From Gemmatimonadales bacterium (GTDB lineage: Bacteria; Gemmatimonadota; Gemmatimonadetes; Gemmatimonadales; GWC2-71-9), in the NCBI GenBank assembly GCA_965249575.1, contig OZ252244.1, positions 1,920,001-1,984,000 of the forward strand: a stretch of 64,000 nt of DNA, given 5' to 3'. Each line of letters starts with the position of its first letter. Within the stretch, counting starts at the first letter, position 1. The notes below the pieces were generated by a model. That model saw only the letters and a program-made list of their open reading frames with translations, made no database searches and was not told the DNA's origin. Positions 40,772 to 51,070 of the stretch are shown one piece after another. A program made the position numbers and the translations under genes.

Positions 40772-42259
40772 TCACCGTATCGGAATCGATATCGACACCT
40801 GGTGCGTCATCACGGTGGCATCTTGCAGCGTAAGTGGACCGGACGGTGCTACGAGGACGTCATTGGCCTCGGCGGCGGCCGTGGCCCGGTCGGCGGCCAC
40901 TCCTGTCCAGGCGACCCCCGGCCTGCCCGTCCCCGTGGTCACGCGACCCATGTAACGCAACTCGAAATCCGCCAGCGGGACCCGGATACCCCAGCTCGGC
41001 ACCCACTCCATCCAGTTTTCGTCCTGACGTCGAAACGATTCGTCGACGTTGTCCCACTGGTCGAGGTGAAAGTCGTAGGCCCTCACGTTTAGCCCGAGCT
41101 GAAATGATGCGGGGCCAAGATCGTGGCTGACACCCATGCTGACGAAAGCGTTCGAGAAGCTGAACGAGTTCTCTACCGTCTTGCCACCGGCCGGGATCGT
41201 GTCCCCGCCGGTGGTCTCGACTGGAGCCGCTGCCTCGGCCCACGTCTCACTGGTCGCAGGTTCATAGATGACGTCGACTCCGAAGGCGGTTTGCTTGGTG
41301 ACTTTCGCCAGGCCGAACCCGATATCGTACGCGTTGCTGTGCCCGGGGTCCCGGGGAATGTTCATGATCTCGTAGTTCGGTATCTGCGGGTGCGACTTTC
41401 GGTTGGCCGTCAAGGTGCCGCCCACCCGCCATCCGGTCGTGCCGACCGGCTGGTGGTAGCCTACGTGCGCCCCCCAAGTTCTCGAATGATCTCGGTTGAT
41501 TTCCAGGCGCGCCTGCGGCTCCCAGATCCAGTTCGTGGTATCCACGATGACCCAGTCGACGTACATGACGTCATGCCGCACTTCGAACCGGTGATGGAGC
41601 ACGGATGCCTCGAGCCGCCGGTCACCGTCGAAAGTCTTGCTCAACCCAAGCCGGAGGTCGATCATGTTCCCGTTCTGCGCGACGCCGCTCGCCGACGCGT
41701 AGAGGTGCTCGACGCCGTCGATTGCCCCCAGATCGCTGAAGTAGCCACTAACACCCAGGGACAGGTCGTCGCCGAACGTTCTGCCGATGCTCATGTGCGC
41801 GTACTTGTTGGTCGCAGAACGATTGCGAAGGGCGTTTGGCGCAATCACGGGTTCGAGGACGGGGACGGGACCAAAGAAGAACTGCTCGCCTCTCTTCAGC
41901 TTCTGGAGGGCGGCGAATATGCCTCCGAACCACCCGCTGGAGTTGAACCTGCCGCCCAACGGCAGTGTTCGGGCACTGCCGGCGCGATTGGAGACGCTAT
42001 AGAACGTGGGTGCCGAGAAGACGTATGGCTCCCCCGACCGCGCCCCCGTAGCGGGGTTGACGAACGGATCGTGAACGACGTCATCGAGCGCGATGGAGAC
42101 GCCCCCCATCGCGAGGTTGTCTGAAGGGAAGATGAGAAATTGATCGCCGGCAGCCACGGGGACGGTCTTGAGAGATATGAGCTGCGCTGCAAGTGCCGTC
42201 GGCAACGTCGAAAGAGCCGCCAAGAAGAGTACAACTCGGCCGGACGAGAGAGCTGGCAT
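40772..42259 (-). CDS. Exported hypothetical protein, probable outer-membrane beta-barrel (FadL/PorV-like start)
   Basis: Signal peptide, NLAMGG.SIA...NPA N-terminal motif and alternating aromatic beta strands; AGGAGG RBS. Confidence 0.7.
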   Translation of the reverse strand: MPALSSGRVVLFLAALSTLPTALAAQLISLKTVPVAAGDQFLIFPSDNLAMGGVSIALDDVVHDPFVNPATGARSGEPYVFSAPTFYSVSNRAGSARTLPLGGRFNSSGWFGGIFAALQKLKRGEQFFFGPVPVLEPVIAPNALRNRSATNKYAHMSIGRTFGDDLSLGVSGYFSDLGAIDGVEHLYASASGVAQNGNMIDLRLGLSKTFDGDRRLEASVLHHRFEVRHDVMYVDWVIVDTTNWIWEPQARLEINRDHSRTWGAHVGYHQPVGTTGWRVGGTLTANRKSHPQIPNYEIMNIPRDPGHSNAYDIGFGLAKVTKQTAFGVDVIYEPATSETWAEAAAPVETTGGDTIPAGGKTVENSFSFSNAFVSMGVSHDLGPASFQLGLNVRAYDFHLDQWDNVDESFRRQDENWMEWVPSWGIRVPLADFELRYMGRVTTGTGRPGVAWTGVAADRATAAAEANDVLVAPSGPLTLQDATVMTHQVSISIPIR

Positions 42260-42326
42260 GGACTTCCTCCTTCAAAGTGTGCCGTTGGCCGTGAGGAAAC
42301 CGGCTGGCGTGTGGCTCGTCATGCTC

Positions 42327-42355
42327 GAATACCCAACACTGCGCTGGTGCGTCAC
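42327..42355 (-). promoter_or_regulatory. Putative ECF promoter GTGAC-N16-GGGTATTC (leftward)
   Basis: Same motif and spacing as the rightward copy at 42381-42409. Confidence 0.6.
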
Positions 42356-42380
42356 GTGTCCATGGTGGGGGTTCCTGTGG

Positions 42381-42409
42381 GTGACCAACCGGGCGGCACG
42401 CGGGTATCC
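42381..42409 (+). promoter_or_regulatory. Putative autoregulatory ECF promoter GTGAC-N16-GGGTATCC (rightward, probably leaderless)
   Basis: Ends 5 nt before the sigma GTG start at 42415; no SD sequence. Confidence 0.6.
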
Positions 42410-42414
42410 CGTAC

Positions 42415-42954
42415 GTGAGCCAAGACAGCGACGGGCTGCTGGTGCGTCGTGTGCTGGCGGGGGAGACCGCAGCCTATGCTGGATTGGTGGAGCGCTACAC
42501 CGGCCGGCTGACCCGGTATGCGCAACGCATGCTGGGCCAGGGGCCGGACGCGGAGGAAGCGGTTCAGGACACCTTCGTGCGGGCGTACCGGTCCCTCGCC
42601 CGGTGCACTGACGGAGAGCGGTTCGGGGCATGGATTTTCGGGATATTGGTCAATCGGTGCAGGACCTACGGTTCCCAGCGCGCCCGCCGAGAGCGCGTGG
42701 TGGTGCATGACGAGCGCGCCTTCGAGAGCGCGTCCGTCGACCCCGCGGCCGATCGGTACGCGTGGCGGGAAGCGATAGCTTTGGCGTTGGACAGACTTGC
42801 GCCAGATTTGCGAGAGGCGTTCTTGTTAAAGCACGTGGAAGAAATGAGCTACGACGAAATGCATGACGTGACGGGCGCCGGCATCTCGGCGCTGAAGATG
42901 CGAGTCAAGCGGGCGCGGGACGAGCTGCGCCGGCTCCTGGTCGAGGCCGACTGA
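42415..42954 (+). CDS. ECF sigma factor
   Basis: DAEEAVQDTF, F.AW.F.I..N and SYDEM...G.SALKMRVKRAR. Confidence 0.92.
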   Translation: MSQDSDGLLVRRVLAGETAAYAGLVERYTGRLTRYAQRMLGQGPDAEEAVQDTFVRAYRSLARCTDGERFGAWIFGILVNRCRTYGSQRARRERVVVHDERAFESASVDPAADRYAWREAIALALDRLAPDLREAFLLKHVEEMSYDEMHDVTGAGISALKMRVKRARDELRRLLVEAD

Positions 42955-43523
42955 TGACCGAGCGGGACGAACTCCTCGATCGGGTCGCGGAGACGCTCAG
43001 GGCGCCGGTGCCGGTCGACCGCAACCAGGTCGTGGCGCGGGTGATGTCGGAAGTCGAGAAGCTCCCGGCACCGAGCAGGCCAGCGTCGCCCGACCGGGTG
43101 ATAGGTTGGCTGAAGCGCCGCCGCACGATCCGCTTGAGTCCCCTCGGCGGGCTGGCCCTCGCGACGGGCTTCGCCGCGCTGGTGCTAGTGAGCAGCCGTG
43201 TGCTTGCTCCGGGGCCGTCGACTGGTGCCGAAGGCGCGTCGGTGCCTGGGGGAAGGGCGACCGTCCAGTTTGTGCTCGTGGCACCGGAGGCGGGTTCGGT
43301 CGCTCTGGTCGGCGATTTCAACGACTGGAATCGGTCGGCAACTCCATTGGCGCAGGAAGCCGGCGCCGGTGTGTGGTCCATCTCGGTACTACTGGAGCCC
43401 GGCCGGTATAAGTATTCTTTCCTCGTGGATGGCTCGACGTGGATCGACGATCCTCGCGCCGTACCGGTGGTCGAAGACGAGTTCGGCCGGCCGAGCTCGA
43501 TGCTGACGGTGGGAGAGCTATGA
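42954..43523 (+). CDS. Putative anti-sigma factor: N-terminal helices + TM + CBM48/AMPK-beta-like glycogen-binding domain
   Basis: TGATG coupling to the sigma gene; TM LGGLALATGFAALVLV; V.LVGDFNDW...G.W...L.PGRY.Y.F.VDG..W..DP. Confidence 0.85.
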   Translation: MTERDELLDRVAETLRAPVPVDRNQVVARVMSEVEKLPAPSRPASPDRVIGWLKRRRTIRLSPLGGLALATGFAALVLVSSRVLAPGPSTGAEGASVPGGRATVQFVLVAPEAGSVALVGDFNDWNRSATPLAQEAGAGVWSISVLLEPGRYKYSFLVDGSTWIDDPRAVPVVEDEFGRPSSMLTVGEL

Positions 43524-44194
43524 GCGGCTGGCGGCGTCTCACCTGGGTCTTGTGGGGAGTCATGTCCGCCGGCATCATGTCACCCGCCGTGATGTCAGCT
43601 CAGGAAGCCCGCCTGGTGTCGCGGCTTTCCGAGGCAGCACGGCCGGAAGTCGATGCCGTGTTGGATTCGGCGCGCGCCACCGGGACCCCAACGGAGCCGC
43701 TCGTAGACCGGGCGCTTGAAGGAGCCGCGAAGGGGGCCTCTGACGAGCGTATCCTGGCGGCCGTGCGCCGACTTTGGGCGGAGCTGGGAGTCGCGCGCAC
43801 GGCGTTTGGTGATTCCGCGTTGGCGGCGGAGCTTCGAGCGGGCGCGAGCGCGCTGAGGGCGGGTGCCACCCGGTCCGATCTCAAGACCCTCCGCGCCCGC
43901 CGGCCGAACCGACCCCTCATCGTGGCCGCTGGGGTGCTCGCCGATCTCGTTGCGGTTGGAGTGCCGTCGGACACTGCCATTGCGGCCGTGCTCGCGCTGG
44001 CCGAAGATGCGGGGGATGGTGACTACATCGCGTTCAGACGCAACGTCGAGAGCGATATCGCGCTCGGGGCTTCGCCCGCCGCCGCGCTCGCGGTTCGGCT
44101 GCGAGTGGCCACCGAGCTTACCGGGGTTGTGGCGGGAGCCGCGGCTGCCGACGCCGGCAGCCCGGCGGCACCCCCGGGGAAGCGAAAGCCGTAA
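43520..44194 (+). CDS. Exported Ala-rich alpha-helical hypothetical protein
   Basis: ATGA overlap with the upstream gene, signal peptide and PL..RALEGAAKGA motif. Confidence 0.75.
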   Translation: MSGWRRLTWVLWGVMSAGIMSPAVMSAQEARLVSRLSEAARPEVDAVLDSARATGTPTEPLVDRALEGAAKGASDERILAAVRRLWAELGVARTAFGDSALAAELRAGASALRAGATRSDLKTLRARRPNRPLIVAAGVLADLVAVGVPSDTAIAAVLALAEDAGDGDYIAFRRNVESDIALGASPAAALAVRLRVATELTGVVAGAAAADAGSPAAPPGKRKP

Positions 44195-44200
44195 CGAGAG

Positions 44201-45356
44201 ATGCCGGATCGCGTGGCGCGGCGGCGCGGCGCTCACGGCGGCTTGCCTATCGGTTGGATCGTCCCTTCACAGCCAAACGGCTGGAACGATTGATGTCGGA
44301 GCCTCGGCCGTCGAGTACGACGGCTTCTTGCTGTCCGGTGCAGCGGTCCTCTCCCCCACACTTCAACACGACGCACGCAACTTGTCCCTAGGTGCCCAGG
44401 GCACCTGGGTCGTATTCGAGAGCGGCAACGAGATCCTACAGGGAACGGCGGCGGCCGCCTGGCGAACGGCCTCGTACAACGGGTGGCGCGCCGAGTTCTC
44501 AGGCTCGCTGGGTGCGAGCAAGTACGCCGACTCGCCCCCGAGCGGTCATGCCCTGGGTCGGGCACGCATACACCTTCACGGGACCCGAGCGGGGGGCTGG
44601 GTGAGCGGGATGACGGGCGGCACGTTCGGCGACACCGACGGGACGCCGGTCGAGCTATCAGTCGGCCTGTGGACCATACAGGATCGGTTCGCGCTGGTGG
44701 GGACGGCCAATGGCACCTGGATCTCGGGCGCCAGCTACGTAGACCTCGTTGGGGCGGTACGATGGTCCGAATCCCGGGTACAGGTCGACGCGCAAGCCGG
44801 CGTCCGTCCGTGGCGCAGCGCGAGTGGGTCGGTCGGAGCGCCGCGCCGGAGTGCCTACGCGGAGCTGGCGGCTCGGGTCTCGGTGAGTGAGCGGATAAGC
44901 ATTGCGGTGAGCGGGGGTCGCTACCCCGCCGATCCGACGCGAGGCGTTCTCGCGGCTTCGTTCGTCAACGTCGGCCTCAGTCTGAGTCTCCTCAAGGCAC
45001 GGGTCCCGAGAACGACCACCATCTCGACCGCGTTGCGATTGTCTGCGCGCGCCGTGGTCGCGTCCAAGCACGGAAGCGAGGCGCGCATCGAGGTCGATCG
45101 GGCGGGCAACCCTCGCGTCTTGCGAGTCCACGTGGAAGACGTCACGTCTGTGGAGCTAATGAGTGACTTCACTGACTGGTTGCCGGTCGCGCTCACTCGT
45201 CTGAGCGCAGGCACGTGGCAGGCGAGGGTCCATGCCTCCCCGGGGGTTTACCGGCTGAACATCCGCGTCGACGGCGGACCGTGGCTGGTTCCGCGAGGCA
45301 CGAGGCTCGAGCAAACGGAGTTCGGGGGGGCGGTGGGAGTGATCGTGATTCCGTAA
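44201..45356 (+). CDS. Probable beta-barrel protein with C-terminal CBM48 glycogen-binding domain
   Basis: C-terminal SVELMSDFTDW...PGVYRLNIRVDGG.W...EFGG; ATG at 44201 needs a one-base correction to join the long frame. Confidence 0.75.
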
Positions 45357-45359
45357 ATG

Positions 45360-45420
45360 GTGAGGAGGCCCTTGTTCCCACCCCACCCAAGTGAGGAGTG
45401 AGGAGGTGAAAACGTGAGAG
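45360..45420. repeat. Heptamer units GTGAGGA
   Basis: GTGAGGA at 45360; GTGAGGA GTGAGGA at 45391-45404; GTGAGAG at 45414. Confidence 0.55.
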
Positions 45421-45485
45421 CCGTCGAGGCTGCTCATCACGAGCTACAACGGGAGATTCTCGCTAGTACGAGGACATCCGCTGCT

Positions 45486-46259
45486 ATGGTAGATCTCACG
45501 GACCGAGTAGTGCTGTTGACGGGCGCTTCCCAGGGGATTGGCGCAGCAACGGCCACGATTCTCGGCGACAAAGGCGCCGATCTGATCGCCCACTATCGCG
45601 TGAAAAAAGACCGTGCGGGCGCCGAGTCAGCACTCGGGGCGGTCGCAAGCGCGCACAAGCACTTCGTCGCTGGAGACTTTGAGGACGATGCGGCTGTCGA
45701 GCAGGTCTGGCAAAAGGCCGTTGCCTGGCGTGGCCACGTCAACGTACTCGTGCTCAACGCTGCAATGATGGAACCCACGGGCGGGATCGACGATGATGAA
45801 GACGCGTGGAACAGCGCGTGGCGCCGTCATTATCAGGTCAACGTCCAGGCGCCCGCGCGCCTGATGCGGGCCGCCGTTCGTCATTTTAGAACTCGCGGCG
45901 GCGGCACGATCATCCTGGTGTCTAGCTGGGTGGCACAGCGGGGCGTCACCAATCCACGAATGATCGCGTATGCCGCGTCCAAGGGCGCGATCAAGGCAGT
46001 GGCCCAGTCGATTGCCCGTGGCTATGCCAGCGAGGGCATCCTCACATACATCGTCGCGCCCGGCGTCGTTCGGACGAAGATGTCCGTGGATTTCGCGGAC
46101 CTTCAGGGAGGCGAAGAGGCAGTAACGAGAACGCTCGCCATGCGTGAATGGGTACCGCCTGGTGAGCTGGGCGAGTTAATCGCGTTTCTTGCCACCGGCT
46201 CAGTGCGGCACCTCTCCGGTGCGACGCTCGATGTGAACGGTGCTACGTACGTCAGGTAG
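45486..46259 (+). CDS. SDR family oxidoreductase
   Basis: TGASQGIG, LNAA, YAASK, APG.V.T and D.NG. Confidence 0.92.
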   Translation: MVDLTDRVVLLTGASQGIGAATATILGDKGADLIAHYRVKKDRAGAESALGAVASAHKHFVAGDFEDDAAVEQVWQKAVAWRGHVNVLVLNAAMMEPTGGIDDDEDAWNSAWRRHYQVNVQAPARLMRAAVRHFRTRGGGTIILVSSWVAQRGVTNPRMIAYAASKGAIKAVAQSIARGYASEGILTYIVAPGVVRTKMSVDFADLQGGEEAVTRTLAMREWVPPGELGELIAFLATGSVRHLSGATLDVNGATYVR

Positions 46260-46271
46260 GGAGCTGCGGAC

Positions 46272-46772
46272 ATGACCGATCAAGCGTTGCGGGAACTCGT
46301 CGATCGCCAACAGATCAATGATACGCTGATCGCGTATTGCTGCGCGTTAGACCGGATGGACCTTCCCGCAATCGCCGCGCTGTTCACGCGGGATTGCGTC
46401 GTCGACTATGGCCCCGACGATCGGCTGCGAAGCCATGGATCCGCTGCGCTTGCGACGTCGCTTGCCCGGATGTGGCGCTGGTCACGCACGTCACACCATC
46501 TGTCAAATATCCAAGTCACGTTCGACGATGCGAGCAGTGCGACCGCGGTTAGCTATGTCCACGCCTGGCACGAGCGACCGGACGGTTCGACCGCGACGAT
46601 CCTCGGACAGTACGAGGACCGGCTCGTGCGCGAGAGCGGTGGCTGGCGTATCGCCAAACGTCGCATGCTCATGAACGGCTGCGATGCAGGGTTCACCGTC
46701 GACATCCATCGATTCGAGCGCATCCCTCCGCCTGACGGGTGGGTCGCTCCCGACTTGGATGGGCCGCGGTGA
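46272..46772 (+). CDS. SnoaL-like/NTF2 family protein (LinA/scytalone dehydratase-like)
   Basis: Y..ALD..D, HHLSN and G.YED.L....GWRI..R. Confidence 0.85.
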   Translation: MTDQALRELVDRQQINDTLIAYCCALDRMDLPAIAALFTRDCVVDYGPDDRLRSHGSAALATSLARMWRWSRTSHHLSNIQVTFDDASSATAVSYVHAWHERPDGSTATILGQYEDRLVRESGGWRIAKRRMLMNGCDAGFTVDIHRFERIPPPDGWVAPDLDGPR

Positions 46773-46817
46773 CACGGTACGCCGCCAAGCGAATCGCGAG
46801 CCTCGCTCGGGATCCGC

Positions 46818-47790
46818 TCAAATACCTGGCCTTTGGTAGCCACCGAGTTGCGTTTCCACGAACCGCGCCACCGCGAGCGCCACGTCGTCGCGGCCGAGCC
46901 GTGCGATCACCTGGACACCGATCGGCAGCCCTTCGGGCGACGTACCAGCCCTCACCACGACCCCGGGCCAGCCGGTCATGTTGTAGGTCACCGTATAACT
47001 GAATGCCGGTAGCATGTCGCCTCCCTCGGCCACCCCGTGTGGGAGCGCTGGGAGCGCGTTCACCGGGCACACGATGACGTCGACATTCTCGAGGAACGAC
47101 TCCAACACGCTCCGGAACTGGAACCAGCGCGTGACCAGCACATCCAGCTCGGCGCCCGTCACCGCCTCCATGCTGGTGAGCGACTCGAGGGTGTGCCGAG
47201 TGGTCCCAGCGTTTCGCAGCAGTCGGCTGATCGCAGCTCCTCCATCCCAGAAATAGAGCGGCAACCCGACATCGAGCGTTTGCTCGATCCCGGGCGGACG
47301 CTGCTCCGTTACGGCGGCGCCCTCACCAGCCAACGCCGTGGCGACAGCCTCGACGGTCAGTACGGTCTCGCGTGTCGGCGTCATGATCCCGTTGTCGGTG
47401 TGGTACGAGACCCTGAGCGAGCTCAAGTCGACGTCCCGGGGGTCGTTCCACGGCAACGGCCAGACACCCGGGTCGATCCAGTCGGGTCCGGCAATCAGCG
47501 GCAGAATGAGGCTCAGGTCGTCCACGGAGCGCGCCATCGGTCCGAGCTGTTGGAACGCATCCTCCGTAGTCACTTCCTATGTCGAAGGGAGATCCCCCGG
47601 CGGCGACGATGGCCGCGGCCCCACCGCTGCTGCCGCCGGTGGTGCGCGTGGGATCGTACGGATTGCTCGTTCGCCCGTATATCAAGTTGCCGGTTTCGAA
47701 GGACAGCGTGAGCTCCGGCGTGTTGGTCTTGCCGAGAAGAATCGCACCCGCGTTACGCAGCCGCTCCACAACCGTCGCGTCCCGCTCCGA
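46818..47790 (-). pseudogene. Amidase signature family remnant
   Basis: GKTNTPE, GGSSGG, GSDYGG, GPMAR and GLPIGVQ present; the N-terminus and the GGSIR nucleophile segment are missing. Confidence 0.85.
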
Positions 47791-47861
47791 TGCCTCCCGA
47801 AACGGTAGTTGTATAGGCCGTCCAACGACCAGCGTATCCAATCGAATCCGGGAACCAACAG

Positions 47862-48773
47862 ATGACACTGAAACGTGCGGTGAAATGGGCCGGAGTTGCC
47901 CTGACTGCGGTCGTCGTTGTCCTCTTGCTTTTTGTTGGCGTCCTGCTCATCGGCTACGAGCGTGCAGTGGCCAAGCGCTACGACGTGCCGCCGCCGAGCG
48001 TGATTTCCAGCACTGATTCCGCGGTCGTGGCGCGCGGGAAGCACCTCGCCGAATCGATAGGAGGATGCCTGGACTGTCACGGCCCCGGGCTCGGTGGCAG
48101 AGAGGGTGACGACATGGGGCCCGTCGGTGCCTTCCACGCCCCGAATATCACGCGGGGAGAAGGGGGAGTAGGCGATACATACACCGATGCCGAAATGGCA
48201 CGGCTGGTCCGACACGGCATAAAGTCCGATGGCCGAACGGTCCTGTTCATGCCGTCCATGGACTTCAACTGGTGGCCCGATGAGGATCTGACGGCGCTCG
48301 TTTCGTACGTGCGCAGTCTGCCTCCTGTCGACGGGAAGGTGCGCGAGCTGAGAGTTGGGTTGCTGGGCAAGTCGCTGAATCAGCTCGGTGTTTTCCCTTT
48401 GGCTGTTGCGGCGGCCATCGACCACACGGCCGAGCGGCCTGACGTGCCCGACCCGGAGCCCACGGCGGAATACGGCCGCTTTCTCGCTATGAGCTGTCAG
48501 GGGTGTCACGGGGTCGGGTTGAGCGGTGGGCGCCTTCCCGGCTCGCCGGCTGACCTGCCGACCCCCACCAACCTGACGCGTCATGAGACCGGACTTGCCG
48601 GTTGGGGACAGGAGGACTTTGTGAGGCTCCTCGACACCGGTATCCGACCGAACGGCAGCAGAATCGATCCGTTCATGCCGGTCACGGCGACTCGAAACAT
48701 GAGTGAGATCGAAAAGTCAGCCCTCTGGGCGTATCTCCAGAGTCTGGAGCGACGGGAGTTTGGGGGCCGTTGA
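47862..48773 (+). CDS. Membrane-anchored di-heme c-type cytochrome
   Basis: CLDCH and CQGCH, each followed by PN.T and MP; N-terminal TM helix. Confidence 0.9.
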   Translation: MTLKRAVKWAGVALTAVVVVLLLFVGVLLIGYERAVAKRYDVPPPSVISSTDSAVVARGKHLAESIGGCLDCHGPGLGGREGDDMGPVGAFHAPNITRGEGGVGDTYTDAEMARLVRHGIKSDGRTVLFMPSMDFNWWPDEDLTALVSYVRSLPPVDGKVRELRVGLLGKSLNQLGVFPLAVAAAIDHTAERPDVPDPEPTAEYGRFLAMSCQGCHGVGLSGGRLPGSPADLPTPTNLTRHETGLAGWGQEDFVRLLDTGIRPNGSRIDPFMPVTATRNMSEIEKSALWAYLQSLERREFGGR

Positions 48774-48916
48774 GGGGACTCCTGGTCGCGCCGTCCCACA
48801 ATTGACCGTGCCCTCCCGAGCCCCGGCTGCCCGCGAGACCTGCGGGCCCCCGCCGGGTGGCTAAGGAGGTGCGAAGCCCCGTCCGATACTCATAGCCACC
48901 CTGACTCCGGTTGATC

Positions 48917-50377
48917 ATGGACGAGCGGACCAAGATCGAGTTGCATCGCTTGCAGGCAGCGGTAACCCCTCGCTATGTCGTCGAGCGGCTGCTAGGTCGC
49001 GGCCGGATGGGCGTGGTGTTTCTCGCGCGTGACGTATCCCTCGAGCGTCCGGTGGCGATCAAGCTACTGCCCCCCGAGTACGCATCCGACTTAGATGCGA
49101 GGGAACGCTTTCTCAGGGAGGCGCGTACCGCCGCCCGACTGGAGCATCCGGGCATCGTTCCGATCCACTACGTTGACCACAGCGACGAACTCGTCTATTA
49201 CGTCATGAAATACGTCAGCGGCGAAACCCTCCGGCGGCGAATCGAAGCGGCCGAGCAACTGCACGCGCAAGAAGTCGCCCGAATCGTCGTGGAGGTGGCC
49301 GGCGCACTCGACTACGCCCACCGCAATGGCGTGATTCACCGCGATGTCAAGGCAGACAACATACTCTTGGAGGGCGCCACTCCACGTGCGATGGTCACCG
49401 ATTTCGGCGTAGCCAGGATCGCCGACCACCGAACACTCACAGCGACCGGTGAGCTCCTGGGCTCCGTTCATTACGCGAGCCCCGAACAGTTGTCCGGCAG
49501 CTCCGTGGATGCGCGTAGCGATCTCTATTCTCTGGGGGTGGTCACTTATTACGCGCTGGCGGGAGCCCTCCCGTTTGACGCGCCGACGATCGCCGGGGTG
49601 ATCGGACAGCACCTGGTCGATCCGCCGCCGCCCATCGCCGCGAGCCGACCGGATCTCCCCCGGGAGCTGGAAAGAGTAATCGAGCGCGCGCTCGCCAAGG
49701 ATCCTGCCGAACGGTTTGAATCCACGGGGGAGTTCGCGGGCGCCCTGCGCGCCGCCTTGAATGGCCAGGCCGTCCAAGAGGCCGGCGGTGCTATCCGCAA
49801 GTGGTTCAGGAGGTTGAGCCGCCGAAGCCAACCAGCGCTCGCCCCCCCCGATACGTCGGTCCCCGTAGAGCAGGCCGCCCCGGTGCAGTCAGCGGACGAC
49901 CTCTATGCATCCCTGCCACCTCCTGTCCGGGAGCAGCTGGCGGGCGTGCCGATCGTGGTCCAGCTCATGCGGCAGCAGGTCGAAGCGACCAGGCGGCGGG
50001 AGGCCGAGCTCGTCGGCGCACTCACAGAAGCCGGCGGGAATTCCCTAGATGGCGACCGAGCTAAACTGCAGACCCTAAAGCGCGACCCCGCGAGGCGCCG
50101 AGCAGCCACGCTCCTCGAGCGTCGCGTGAGTGCCGTGTCCGATCTGAGCGGTGCGTGCGAGGCCGTGCGCGACAGTAGGGCGTCGGCGCTTTCCGCGCTC
50201 GAGTCCCTTCGGGTTGGGCTCATACGCCTCCGTGCTGGGGTTGCCACCGTGGGCGAGGTCGCCAGCGACGTCCAGACGGCGAGGGTGACCAGCCGGGAAA
50301 TTGACACTGTCTTGAGCGGCGCCCCCTCGGCTGCCCCACCCGAGGATACACTCTTCAGCCAGCTGCATCGGCTTTGA
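48917..50377 (+). CDS. Ser/Thr protein kinase with helical C-terminal domain
   Basis: LGRGRMGVV, VAIK, HRDVKADN, DFG and YASPEQ. Confidence 0.9.
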   Translation: MDERTKIELHRLQAAVTPRYVVERLLGRGRMGVVFLARDVSLERPVAIKLLPPEYASDLDARERFLREARTAARLEHPGIVPIHYVDHSDELVYYVMKYVSGETLRRRIEAAEQLHAQEVARIVVEVAGALDYAHRNGVIHRDVKADNILLEGATPRAMVTDFGVARIADHRTLTATGELLGSVHYASPEQLSGSSVDARSDLYSLGVVTYYALAGALPFDAPTIAGVIGQHLVDPPPPIAASRPDLPRELERVIERALAKDPAERFESTGEFAGALRAALNGQAVQEAGGAIRKWFRRLSRRSQPALAPPDTSVPVEQAAPVQSADDLYASLPPPVREQLAGVPIVVQLMRQQVEATRRREAELVGALTEAGGNSLDGDRAKLQTLKRDPARRRAATLLERRVSAVSDLSGACEAVRDSRASALSALESLRVGLIRLRAGVATVGEVASDVQTARVTSREIDTVLSGAPSAAPPEDTLFSQLHRL

Positions 50378-50571
50378 GCGGCCGGCCGGCTTAGCGCCCA
50401 GGATCACCGGGCGTACCTGTGACCTACGGCACTCGAAATCGGGTGACGCATTGCCCTCCCTGGGTGACCCAGCCCGCAGCGCCGGAGCGCTGGTTTGGTG
50501 CATATTAGTTGAGCATTCGACACTGACCAGCTGGAAGTCACTCCTTCGGGCCTGAAAGCGGAGAAACCGAG

Positions 50572-51070
50572 ATGAGATGCCTGATGCCCTTCCTGCTTGT
50601 TCTTGCTCTGGGTACGGCCACCAGCTCTCGCGCCCAGGCCCAGGACGGCGTGTATGTGAATGGACGGCTCGTGGGCCAGGAGCAGTTCACGGAACAGCTG
50701 GCAATGTTCGGCATCGTGCTGCCGACCCCAGTCCAGGACGGGGCGTACTGGTACGATCGCTTGTCCGGCCTGTGGGGGCTAATTGGCGGTCCCACTCTGG
50801 GTCAGCTCCCCTCCGGCTTGGAGTTGGGCGGGCCGCTTCGCGAGGATGCTTCGGGCGGGCAGTCCTCGGTGTTCATCAACGGCCGCACGCTTCACCCCAC
50901 CGAAGTGCAGTACCTCCAGATGGTCTTTGGTTGCGTCATCCCTGGCCGCTACTGGATGAATGCCCAGGGAATCGGCGGCCCCTGGAGGGCGGCCCGCCGA
51001 TGTTCAATCTGGCGGCCGCAGCTCAGTCGAAGAGCGGGAGCGGGAGCAGCTACACTCGACGTGGTTTGTG
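50572..51070 (+). pseudogene. Exported hypothetical protein, frameshifted near 50980 and 3'-truncated
   Basis: Signal peptide and repeated V.(V/I)NGR.L / G.YW units; runs into the convergent GGDEF remnant. Confidence 0.6.
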
